This document shows positions 1 to 7,110 of a stretch of DNA of 23,208 bases, in pieces. How positions within the stretch are numbered: position 1 is the stretch's first letter; every line of letters begins with the position of its first letter. A program made the position numbers and the translations under genes. Source of the DNA: a virus. Its lineage: Duplodnaviria; Heunggongvirae; Uroviricota; Caudoviricetes. The notes beneath the pieces were generated by a model. That model was not told the origin of the DNA, did no database searches, and worked only from the letters and a program-made list of their open reading frames with translations. The stretch is from the IMG/VR virus record IMGVR_UViG_3300031417_000379; one strand, given 5' to 3'.

Positions 1-90
1 AGCGATCGAAAGGCCAACAGTTGCGATGGCGAGAGTTGCGATGGCCACGCGGGTACGGCCGGTGAACTTAGAGCGAATCGAGGTGGTCAT
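1..90 (-). CDS. Partial CDS (N-terminus only, runs off the left edge); probable secreted or exported protein
   Basis: Manual translation from ATG at 90: MTTSIRSKFTGRTRVAIATLAIATVGLSIA. A basic N-region is followed by a hydrophobic stretch. RBS-like AAGGAG lies upstream. Not in the supplied ORF track. Confidence 0.75.
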   Translation of the reverse strand, partial: MTTSIRSKFTGRTRVAIATLAIATVGLSIA

Positions 91-183
91 TTAGAGCTCC
101 TTGGAGAGGTGATGAGTTTGTCCACTGTTCGACTTCAAGCTGTTTTGAGTGTCTCGAATGTGAATTGTGGCAACGATGAGCTA

Positions 184-213
184 TTTCTAACACAATTTAA
201 CATCACATGTCAA
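184..213 (-). promoter_or_regulatory. Sigma70/SigA-like promoter for the gene starting at 90
   Basis: Minus strand TTGACA (213-208), 18 nt spacer, then TAGAAA preceded by TGT. The intergenic region is AT-rich. A 7-bp inverted repeat GTCAACA-tt-TGTTGAC (209-224) overlaps the -35. Confidence 0.5.
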
Positions 214-240
214 CATTTGTTGACTGAGTATCTTTAAACG

Positions 241-276
241 CCTCTGAGATAGCAGGTTTGCCTGCTATCTCAGAGG
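241..276 (-). terminator. Intrinsic terminator-like hairpin
   Basis: Perfect 16-bp stem CCTCTGAGATAGCAGG / CCTGCTATCTCAGAGG with a 4-nt loop, 14 nt after the stop of 291..1067. Only a short T tract follows. Confidence 0.75.
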
Positions 277-290
277 GTAGCTATTTAATT

Positions 291-1067
291 TCACCAGCCC
301 CAGTGACCGGTGTAAGCACCGAGAACAGTCGAGAATATTCGTACGATGAGTGTTAGTAGCACAAAGATTGCGAAGACCACCGAGATACTGAATCCAGCTA
401 TAGAGAGGTAGCGAGAGAAGCGATCATCCGGAACTCCTTTAGAATTCACCCAACCGAGACCTGAGAATAACAGCCCTGCTGGGAAGAACGCAAATGCTGC
501 AAAGATGCCGAGCCAGGCAAAGACGTTAAAACGTCCTCTTCGGCCCGGCCAGGCCTGGAAATAACCAGGAGCGACGATGACACCGTTCTCAGTATAGGTT
601 GCTTCGTTTGACGCGCGCTTATAAACCTTCTTTACACGCTTGTAAAGCTTTTTCTCAGCCTTCAAGTCTCTTTGCTCGTCGTAGATCGTTGCACCTTTGA
701 AGAACTCTTTAAGCTTTTCGTGGTTTTCATCGCGGGGTTCATGATCCGCATGCTCATCTTTAGTGTTAGCAGGTGGTTCTTCGTGAACTCGTGGCTCTTC
801 AAGGTGAATATCTGACTTACGAAGCGGATAGTTAATGTCTTCGAAAGAAGTACTAGGATCAGCTTGTGAAGCTTTTTCAGCTGCTGGAGCAGGAAGCTTT
901 ACCGTAGCTCCATCCTCTAATACCTGAGCCCCCTCCGGCGCAACCGGTGGCTTGCGAGGTGCTCGAGGCTTTCTTGGTGCACGTGGCTTGGGAACCGGCG
1001 TGGTGGGAGCTTCGTTTACCCCAGTGTCTTTAATAGGGCCGTCGTCTTCGTTCTCTAGATCTGCCAT
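291..1067 (-). CDS. Membrane protein with a Pro/acidic disordered N-terminus and two C-terminal TM helices (DUF4190-like)
   Basis: RBS GAGGAGGA. Hydrophobic segments FNVFAWLGIFAAFAFFPAGLLFSGLGW and YLSIAGFSISVVFAIFVLLTLIV. PRAPRKPRAPRKP repeat near the N-terminus. Confidence 0.7.
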   Translation of the reverse strand: MADLENEDDGPIKDTGVNEAPTTPVPKPRAPRKPRAPRKPPVAPEGAQVLEDGATVKLPAPAAEKASQADPSTSFEDINYPLRKSDIHLEEPRVHEEPPANTKDEHADHEPRDENHEKLKEFFKGATIYDEQRDLKAEKKLYKRVKKVYKRASNEATYTENGVIVAPGYFQAWPGRRGRFNVFAWLGIFAAFAFFPAGLLFSGLGWVNSKGVPDDRFSRYLSIAGFSISVVFAIFVLLTLIVRIFSTVLGAYTGHWGW

Positions 1068-1190
1068 TGTATCCTCCTCAGTGATACAGCGAATATCGCA
1101 AAAGAATATGCAAGAACACGTCTATCCTATGAGAAGGATGATATTCAATTGCAGAACTATGGCCATGTTCACCGAACGATAGGATTCACA

Positions 1191-2255
1191 ATGAGCGATC
1201 AGGCTAATAACGAAGCCAATGAGGCTTCAAGCCTACTTGTAATGGCTCGCCAGCTTCATGAGCAGCACATCACCGCGGCGCGAGAGGAGGCCGCACAGAT
1301 TGTAGCCGTAGCACGAGCTGAAGCCGATCGGCTCGTGAACGACGCAACAGCCGAGGCGAGCAGCCTCGTGACGAACGCTCGCAACGAGCACGATGGACTT
1401 CAGGCTTCTATTGAAAAGCTTCGTGAGTTTGAAGGCGCCTACCGTGCTTCGCTCACCGACTACCTCCGAGGACTGCTCTCCGAAGTTGCTCCTGAGGACG
1501 AACCTTTTGAGCCAGCATCTGTCGATGAAGCACCTTCACAGTCTAACGCGTTCCTCGCAGCTTCTCCTGCTTTTGCCGCAAACCCGGCTTTCTCAGAGGA
1601 GCCGTTCGTTGCTCCGACCGCTGAAGAAGAGTCGCAGCCGGTTGAGCCGGAGACACAGCCGCAGGTTACAGCTGAGTTGACCGATGAAAGTTCAGCTTTT
1701 GAAGCGGATGATGACGAGGGCTTCACCGCTGCTGACTTTGACAGTTACGCAGAACCTCAGCCAGGCGAGGATGTGGTGCTCGATTTCCCAGAAGCGGACG
1801 AGGCTGACGCTCCTATGGACGAAACGCCAGCCGATGATGAAGCGGTGCAGTTACCAAGCTTCGATCAGGCTCCTGCAGAAACAGAAGACGACACTGTAGA
1901 GGCACTCCTGGCAAGTGAGGCAGAGCTCAAGGCTGAAACGGATGCTGTGCCAACGGTTGATGTTGAACAGTCCCAGAACGACAATAGTGCGGAAACTCTC
2001 CGAGAGCTCCTCAATGACCTTGACGGCACTGAGGTCGATGACGACGGTGGTTCTTCCACTGAGGGTGAAACACCGTCCGAAGAACAGCCGAAGTTCCCAA
2101 GCTTTGCGGCTGACGACGAGGCGGTGAGTGCTGAGGATCTCAACGCTACTGATGTTGATGCCCCAGAGGCGGAGAACGAGAAGCCTGAAGCTAATCACGA
2201 GGTTGAAGAGGAGCCTGAGAAGAAAGGCCCCTTCAGCTTCTTCTCTCAGAAGTAA
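1191..2255 (+). CDS. DivIVA/Wag31 C-terminal coiled-coil-like protein with a long acidic disordered tail; lacks the N-terminal DivIVA domain
   Basis: SSLLVMARQLHEQHI and IEKLREFEGAYRASLTDYLRGLLSEV resemble the conserved C-terminal block of actinobacterial DivIVA (recalled pattern LRxFEREYRxxLKxYLExQL). Start reassigned from TTG 1149 to ATG 1191, which has TAGGAT 5 nt upstream. Confidence 0.7.
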   Translation: MSDQANNEANEASSLLVMARQLHEQHITAAREEAAQIVAVARAEADRLVNDATAEASSLVTNARNEHDGLQASIEKLREFEGAYRASLTDYLRGLLSEVAPEDEPFEPASVDEAPSQSNAFLAASPAFAANPAFSEEPFVAPTAEEESQPVEPETQPQVTAELTDESSAFEADDDEGFTAADFDSYAEPQPGEDVVLDFPEADEADAPMDETPADDEAVQLPSFDQAPAETEDDTVEALLASEAELKAETDAVPTVDVEQSQNDNSAETLRELLNDLDGTEVDDDGGSSTEGETPSEEQPKFPSFAADDEAVSAEDLNATDVDAPEAENEKPEANHEVEEEPEKKGPFSFFSQK

Positions 2256-2264
2256 GGCTAAAAT

Positions 2265-2302
2265 CTAAGAAGGCCAGGCGCAATTGCGCCTGGCCTTCTT
2301 AG
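2265..2302. terminator. Perfect 38-bp palindrome between convergent genes; probable bidirectional terminator
   Basis: CTAAGAAGGCCAGGCGCAATTGCGCCTGGCCTTCTTAG is its own reverse complement. It lies between the stops at 2255 (+) and 2320 (-). Confidence 0.8.
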
Positions 2303-2319
2303 TAAGAGCTACCGACGGA

Positions 2320-2871
2320 TCAGAACGGAGCCTTCGAGAGCTCGCGGTGATAGCGAGCCTGATCGAGCGATGCGCGGATGTCATCCATCGCTTCGTGCCC
2401 GTAACCCTTGTGGAACTTCTTGCGACCATCCGTGTTCACCAGGAATTCCTCGATGCTGCTCATGTCTAGACTGCGGTAAGAGAGGTGAGCAAAGCTCTTC
2501 GGCAGGAACTGACGCATGAAGTTACGGTCGAGAGTGATGGAGTTACCTCCGAAGCGAAGCACGCCCGGTTCCGGCTGCAGCTCCTTCAGCCACGCAGAGA
2601 AGGTCTCATCGAACTCTTCGTGAGTAGGATTTGCCTCATCAGAGAGCTGATCCCAGAGCCCGGTCTTCGTGTGCATCTCGCGGACGAAGTCGTTGGCGTG
2701 CTCGTAGGCAGCCTTAGCAGCACGAGGAGCGAAGTAGAACTTCGTCTCGATCTCGCCAAGCTCGTTGAAGTCAGAGTCGGTGACGATGGCAGCGAGCTGG
2801 AGGAGCGTTGCTCCCGGAAGCCTCTCGTCCACGTCGTTGGTCTCCACGTCGGTCCAGGCAATGCTTGTCAT
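2320..2871 (-). CDS. orn: Oligoribonuclease (Orn-like DEDDh 3'-5' exoribonuclease)
   Basis: IAWTDVET (ExoI), LLQLAAIVTD, EMHTKTGLW, GGNSITLDRNF (ExoII), HLSYRSLDMSS, HEAMDDI (ExoIII). Strong RBS GAAGGAG. Confidence 0.9.
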   Translation of the reverse strand: MTSIAWTDVETNDVDERLPGATLLQLAAIVTDSDFNELGEIETKFYFAPRAAKAAYEHANDFVREMHTKTGLWDQLSDEANPTHEEFDETFSAWLKELQPEPGVLRFGGNSITLDRNFMRQFLPKSFAHLSYRSLDMSSIEEFLVNTDGRKKFHKGYGHEAMDDIRASLDQARYHRELSKAPF

Positions 2872-2891
2872 GTGTTTCTCCTTCTAAAGCT

Positions 2892-2900
2892 ACGGTATCA
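2892..2900 (-). promoter_or_regulatory. Extended -10 promoter (TGa-TACCGT) upstream of orn
   Basis: TGn-TAnnnT pattern. The same GTGATAC core recurs upstream of the Pnkp and rIIA genes. Confidence 0.5.
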
Positions 2901-2919
2901 CACAGCGGTGACATAGAAT

Positions 2920-3273
2920 TTACTTAAGCTTGATTACATGCCCAACGATGCTAGAAAGATCTTCAATAGCAGCATCACGCCACTCTTTCTGAACCTTCTT
3001 GTCGAATTCCCACCAGTCACCGGTGCTGCGATCGGGGAGTCTCTTAAAACCTGGGCCTCCGACATGGCTCTTGAACCACTCTTCGAGTTGCACCACGTCG
3101 AAGAGATCAGGCCCTGCGAACTTGAATGGGACCAGTAGATCAAGGTTGTAGTGGTGCCCATCCCGAAGGTCAACTCCACCCATGCGACTCAGCTCAAGAC
3201 AGAGGGCGTAGATCGATTCGTACTGGCGGAACCAGCCGGGACCTTCTTCTTTAATAAACAGCGAGTATTTCAT
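2920..3273 (-). CDS. Hypothetical protein (117 aa)
   Basis: ATGA 4-bp overlap with the upstream ATP-grasp gene. It fills the gap in the operon. No motif recognised. Confidence 0.7.
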   Translation of the reverse strand: MKYSLFIKEEGPGWFRQYESIYALCLELSRMGGVDLRDGHHYNLDLLVPFKFAGPDLFDVVQLEEWFKSHVGGPGFKRLPDRSTGDWWEFDKKVQKEWRDAAIEDLSSIVGHVIKLK

Positions 3274-4082
3274 CGGCCCTCCGTTAGTGTCTTAAGCTTA
3301 CCCCAGAGGAGCTTGGGGTTGTTAGCCGAAAGTCCTGCCATCACACCATCGTTAAGCTCTACAACTCCCCAGGTTCCGTCAGGGTATTCAGCAAGATCGA
3401 TGACGTAGAAATCAGCGAGATGCTCAGTTCGAGCTACAGCATTACCAAGCGCTTTCTCAAGCTTACTTGGATCAAGTGGTCGAACCGCCATAGCCGCTTC
3501 GTGGTTGGACCAGTAGATTCCTTGGCTCACCACCTGACCACGATAGACAAACACGCGAAGCTCGTTGAAAACCGGCCTACCATCTACAGCTGTGCTCACC
3601 TGACGATAGCGCTGGAACGGTCTGATGTAAAGCTCCTGGCTCCCGACTGTCGAATCAGCATAGTTCGCGCGGATCACATCGAGGAGCGCTGTCTTGTTCG
3701 GAGCGTAGCAGGCCTCAAACCAGCGATGCTTGAGCGAGTTCGTCTCGCCCTTGACAAAGTACTCTCCTTCAGGGATGCGTGGAATCTCGTCTACACGATA
3801 GGCTGCAGGGGTAAGCCCATCGAGAAGACCGATCCAGGTCGAAAGGTCTGCGATGGCTCGATGCTGTCGGTACGTGTTGATGAGTTGAGAACCAAGAGTG
3901 ATTGTCTCTTGCTCAAGCTCTTTGCCGAACGGAAGCATACGGTACCGAGGAAGCACCAAGCTTCTAGCCGGGATCTTTGCTAGGTTCGACCCCGCCGGTA
4001 CTCCAAGCTCAGCAAAAGTCTCGAGATCCTCCTGGAGGCCTGGGTAGGCTGAAATCATGGAAGGATGGTAGAGATAAAGCAT
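3270..4082 (-). CDS. ATP-grasp domain protein, R2K/DUF4343-like
   Basis: YFVKGETNSLKH, ELRVFVYRGQVV and FYVIDLAEYPDGTWGVVELNDGVMAGL (ExN-type terminal motif). RBS AAGGAAAG. Confidence 0.8.
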   Translation of the reverse strand: MLYLYHPSMISAYPGLQEDLETFAELGVPAGSNLAKIPARSLVLPRYRMLPFGKELEQETITLGSQLINTYRQHRAIADLSTWIGLLDGLTPAAYRVDEIPRIPEGEYFVKGETNSLKHRWFEACYAPNKTALLDVIRANYADSTVGSQELYIRPFQRYRQVSTAVDGRPVFNELRVFVYRGQVVSQGIYWSNHEAAMAVRPLDPSKLEKALGNAVARTEHLADFYVIDLAEYPDGTWGVVELNDGVMAGLSANNPKLLWGKLKTLTEGR

Positions 4083-4105
4083 TAGCTTTCCTTGTGTGAG
4101 CGTTC

Positions 4106-4504
4106 TTAGTTCTTAAGGCCAAGATCTGTTTTGGTCTCGAAGGCGGACCAGTAAGGGCGCGCCTCGACTGCTCGAGTGATGGTGGGTCGAAGGCGCTCGA
4201 AAAGCTCCTCAGCTGTGAAGCCTGCAAAATCCACGTGCTGTTCGAAGGCTTCGAGCAGATCTACGAACTTTGCACGCTCTTCTGCACCATCGGCTGTAGC
4301 CCGCACAACGGCGGGGGCTGCGAGGAACACAGCGTAGGCTACGCCGATGAGATCAGCGTTTGGAGAGATCGCAGCCGTGTAGTGGCAACCACACGAGCAA
4401 CTCTCCGGTTGGGTCGCCGCACAGAAGCGATGCTTCTCGGAGATACAGAAGAGACTGATGTGTCGTTCCCCGAGGTTCCGTGAACCGAGCTTAGTGATGT
4501 CCAT
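4106..4504 (-). CDS. Hypothetical protein with a Cys/His-rich probable metal-binding segment; probably leaderless
   Basis: FCISEKHRFCAATQPESCSCGCH. Start reassigned to ATG 4504, 6 nt after the -10 TACCAT. Confidence 0.7.
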   Translation of the reverse strand: MDITKLGSRNLGERHISLFCISEKHRFCAATQPESCSCGCHYTAAISPNADLIGVAYAVFLAAPAVVRATADGAEERAKFVDLLEAFEQHVDFAGFTAEELFERLRPTITRAVEARPYWSAFETKTDLGLKN

Positions 4505-4510
4505 AGCTCT

Positions 4511-4554
4511 ATGGTACACCACTACACAAACGGCGGCAACAAGCTCTTACTCTT
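4511..4554 (-). promoter_or_regulatory. SigA-like promoter TTGCCG-17-TACCAT with a conserved upstream element
   Basis: -35 at 4539-4534, -10 at 4516-4511. The 18-mer AAGAGTAAGAGCTTGTTG (4554-4537) matches 22672-22655 at 17/18 positions in the same register. Confidence 0.65.
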
Positions 4555-4590
4555 TTCCGCAACAGGACCATAACTGTTGCGGAAAAGAGT
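4549..4590 (-). terminator. Terminator-like hairpin
   Basis: Perfect 17-bp stem ACTCTTTTCCGCAACAG / CTGTTGCGGAAAAGAGT with an 8-nt loop, abutting the stop of 4590..5141. Confidence 0.7.
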
Positions 4591-5141
4591 TAAACGAGAG
4601 TAGTCTCGTCCTTCGGGACGTTGTGAACATCGCCGTCGGTGAAGCCTAGTGTTACGTGAAAGTCAAGCTTCGGAAGCTGTAGCTGACGGCGCCAGCCACT
4701 AGCAGCATCGGATCGTACAACCGCGTACCAAGCCTGGGACTTACTGCTAGAAGCTGTTCCAACCCCAATGAGACTAAGGTTAAACGCATCGCCACGAGGG
4801 ATTAAGAATTCCTTACGCTTACGAAGCTCTCGGAACTCTTTTGGGGTGATAAACGTGGCGTGGTAACGATCTTCACCGTCACGCTCAGCTTTCTTGTTCG
4901 TAATGAGCTCAAAAAGCTCTGAAGCCATTCCGCTTCGAAGCTGGTTTAGTGCCGGTGCTAGGACCTCTGGCTGAAGCTCGACTCCCACGTACGAGTTCTT
5001 AAGCACTCGTGGATAACCAGCGACCTCGATAGGAGCCATCGGCTTCACAGCCTCGGGATCCCAGTGTGAGAAGCGGCACCGTTCGGGAGAAGTGCATCGC
5101 GCCATAGTGCCTAGCACCGGCGAGTAGTGCAGTTTGGCCAT
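4590..5141 (-). CDS. 2H phosphoesterase with a degenerate N-terminal MAKxH Cys/His module
   Basis: Two HxT motifs: RYHATFI and DFHVTLGF, followed by DVHNVPKD. True start is ATG 5141 (MAKLHYSPVLGTMARCTSPERCRFSH), 1 nt after the Pnkp stop; the ORF-track extension to 5390 overlaps Pnkp. Confidence 0.8.
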   Translation of the reverse strand: MAKLHYSPVLGTMARCTSPERCRFSHWDPEAVKPMAPIEVAGYPRVLKNSYVGVELQPEVLAPALNQLRSGMASELFELITNKKAERDGEDRYHATFITPKEFRELRKRKEFLIPRGDAFNLSLIGVGTASSSKSQAWYAVVRSDAASGWRRQLQLPKLDFHVTLGFTDGDVHNVPKDETTLV

Positions 5142-5142
5142 G

Positions 5143-6312
5143 TTAGACTCCGCAGTTGTCGTGAAGAAGCTCTCCCTCGGGGAGGTCACCTCCACAGACG
5201 AGACAGAAGCCCTGACCGGTGATATCGTCCACAGTCGACTCAACGTAGCTCTCCTGCGGAAGCCCAACCTCGTGGAACGGAACTCGCGACACCGAAATGC
5301 CGCGCTCGTCCCAGACACGGATCGAGCTCGGGCGGTCATCGATGGCGTGAACCACGACGAAGCCCTCTGCCTCAAGCGAAGCCACAGCATCCTTCTTCAC
5401 AGCGTAGTCGCCTCGGTAGTCGCCGGCACGTGCCATGATAAGTCGCGAGATAGGAGCACCCGACCCCTGGACAAACTCGATGGTGCTCTCAGCATTCCCA
5501 TCCACACGACCGGTGATCGCGAAGACGGTGAGGCCTCCTGCACGAAGCTTTCGGACGAGCTCAAGCACCGACGTGTTCACCGGCGCCGTGGAGGACTCAT
5601 TGTAGAAAGCGTCCCAATCCTTCTTGTCGTTCGGCCCAAGCGCGCCGATGTAGCGGTCGATGAGCTCGTGGTTGAACGCAAGGGTGCCGTCCAGGTCCAC
5701 GATGGCCACTCGGCTACCGAGGATCGGATAATCCGCCTCGAGCAGCGCGTTGAACGTGTCGAGTCGGCGCATCCCCGGCGTGTACTTGTCCACGAAGAAC
5801 ACACCTCGGTCGTTGAAGACAACGTCCTTGATGTGACCGTCCGCCGAGTAGACGTTCTGCCCCATACGGTCGATTACCGAGTCAGGGACCAGGCGACCTC
5901 CGCTAGCACCGCGAAGCGCGTTGCGACGCTTCGCCTCGGCGAGCGGCACGTCAATCGTACGGATGTCCACCGAAGCACCGTAGTTCAGCGCCTGCTGGAT
6001 GCCCTTGAAGAGGAACTTGGGGTTCGTGTTGGTGTTGTCGTTGATGATCGTCTTGCCAGCACGAAGGGCCTCGACCGTCATCCGGTCAGCCTCGACAGTG
6101 ACCTGCGACTCGACCTTCTTGTCCGGGCTTCCGTTGTGGTACTTCGCACCGGCGACAGCAGTTCGCAGGTCGTCACGGTTGACCACAACAGCATCCGGGT
6201 ACTCTCGAAGAAGCTGAGCAGTGATGGTGGACTTTCCTGCGCCGGGGACGCCGACGAGGAAGATCACTCGCGGAGTCGCCTTTGATCGAGCGAATCCGTT
6301 GATCTCAGCCAT
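5143..6312 (-). CDS. pseT: Polynucleotide 5'-kinase / 3'-phosphatase (T4 PseT-like; P-loop kinase plus HAD phosphatase)
   Basis: Walker A GVPGAGKS, VVNRDDLR, NDNTN, AKRRNALR. HAD motif I IVDLDGTLA, ITGR, K-K, AIDDRPS. C-terminal CLVC...H..C segment. Confidence 0.9.
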   Translation of the reverse strand: MAEINGFARSKATPRVIFLVGVPGAGKSTITAQLLREYPDAVVVNRDDLRTAVAGAKYHNGSPDKKVESQVTVEADRMTVEALRAGKTIINDNTNTNPKFLFKGIQQALNYGASVDIRTIDVPLAEAKRRNALRGASGGRLVPDSVIDRMGQNVYSADGHIKDVVFNDRGVFFVDKYTPGMRRLDTFNALLEADYPILGSRVAIVDLDGTLAFNHELIDRYIGALGPNDKKDWDAFYNESSTAPVNTSVLELVRKLRAGGLTVFAITGRVDGNAESTIEFVQGSGAPISRLIMARAGDYRGDYAVKKDAVASLEAEGFVVVHAIDDRPSSIRVWDERGISVSRVPFHEVGLPQESYVESTVDDITGQGFCLVCGGDLPEGELLHDNCGV

Positions 6313-6367
6313 TACATTCTCCGTTAGTAGACCTCAGATGAGGTGGTGTGGTTTGCGGTACTTGTCC

Positions 6368-6376
6368 ACAGTATCA
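6368..6376 (-). promoter_or_regulatory. Extended -10 promoter (TGa-TACTGT) upstream of Pnkp
   Basis: TGn-TAnnnT in the 73-nt intergenic gap; GTGTGATAC core as upstream of orn. Confidence 0.5.
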
Positions 6377-6385
6377 CACTATCTG

Positions 6386-7084
6386 TTAGAAGCGAAACCG
6401 ATCTACAACAGTGTTGTAGCGCTCTACGGCAGCTGCACAAAGCTCCTCAGTGAAGTCGCGAGAAGCGGTCACCGGAGTAAGCCCGTCTTCACTCTTGATG
6501 ATGAAGCGGCCGTTGAACGTGTTCTCGTCGATGGTCTCCCAAGGAGTACCGACCAGGATGTCCCCGCGTTCGCGAGTAGAAACGCCCATGAGCTCCTTGT
6601 GCGATCGCAGATGACCAGCTGCCATGCTAGTGGCGTTCTTGCGGCAATCGAGTCGGCGCCAAGTGATGTACTCGCGAATTGCTTCCGGTGTATCGAGCTC
6701 TAGTACTCGACCATCAAACGCCGGAGTACCCACCACGCCGGGCACCGCCTTAGTGAAGGCAACTGCAGCTGTGGCCGCAGCCACCGAAACCAGCTTCTGA
6801 ATACGGCGACCGTATGGAAGCTGAGCAACTCGATCGGAAACCACTACAGAGATCTCGTCCGAAGCCACGTAGGTTACGAGCGAGTTTGGGAAGAGCTCAC
6901 GAGCCACCGCAGTTGCGGCCTCGTTCATAGCGTGTTCGAAGACATCGCTAAACGGCTTCTCGAACTGACGAGTAAGCTTGCTGAAGTTTGAACCGTCGAG
7001 ACGGATCACTGCGATACCGTTGGCGCGCAGGCGAACATCGAGATCTGACTCGGCGTCTTTGAAGATCGAGAAATCGGAGTGCAT
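6386..7084 (-). CDS. tRNA-His guanylyltransferase Thg1-like protein (3'-5' polymerase family)
   Basis: VIRLDGSNFSKLT, YVASDEISVV, RRIQKLVSVAA, AFDGRVL, YITWRRLDCRKNA. Start reassigned to ATG 7084, 7 nt after TGa-TAGCAT; the ORF-track start at 7162 overlaps the upstream gene. Confidence 0.9.
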   Translation of the reverse strand: MHSDFSIFKDAESDLDVRLRANGIAVIRLDGSNFSKLTRQFEKPFSDVFEHAMNEAATAVARELFPNSLVTYVASDEISVVVSDRVAQLPYGRRIQKLVSVAAATAAVAFTKAVPGVVGTPAFDGRVLELDTPEAIREYITWRRLDCRKNATSMAAGHLRSHKELMGVSTRERGDILVGTPWETIDENTFNGRFIIKSEDGLTPVTASRDFTEELCAAAVERYNTVVDRFRF

Positions 7085-7091
7085 GAGGCTC

Positions 7092-7100
7092 ATGCTATCA
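7092..7100 (-). promoter_or_regulatory. Extended -10 (TGa-TAGCAT) positioned for a leaderless Thg1 transcript
   Basis: The -10 ends 7 nt before ATG 7084. No SD sequence is evident. Confidence 0.5.
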
Positions 7101-7110
7101 CAGGTTTCTG

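Noticed and set aside
949-990. Short imperfect tandem repeat encoding PRAPRKPRAPRKP
   Set aside because: Only about two to three degenerate units inside a disordered coding region; not a CRISPR, iteron or VNTR array.
5142-5390. 83-codon N-terminal extension of the 2H phosphoesterase ORF
   Set aside because: It lies inside the Pnkp gene in another frame. ATG 5141 follows the Pnkp stop by 1 nt and starts with the MAKxH pattern.
5134-6285. 383-aa plus-strand ORF, and similar ORFs at 2485-2916, 3420-3983, 17953-18600, 19654-20343, 21255-21713 and 21801-22520
   Set aside because: These are antisense shadows of well-supported minus-strand genes, expected from codon bias. They have no motifs or RBS support.
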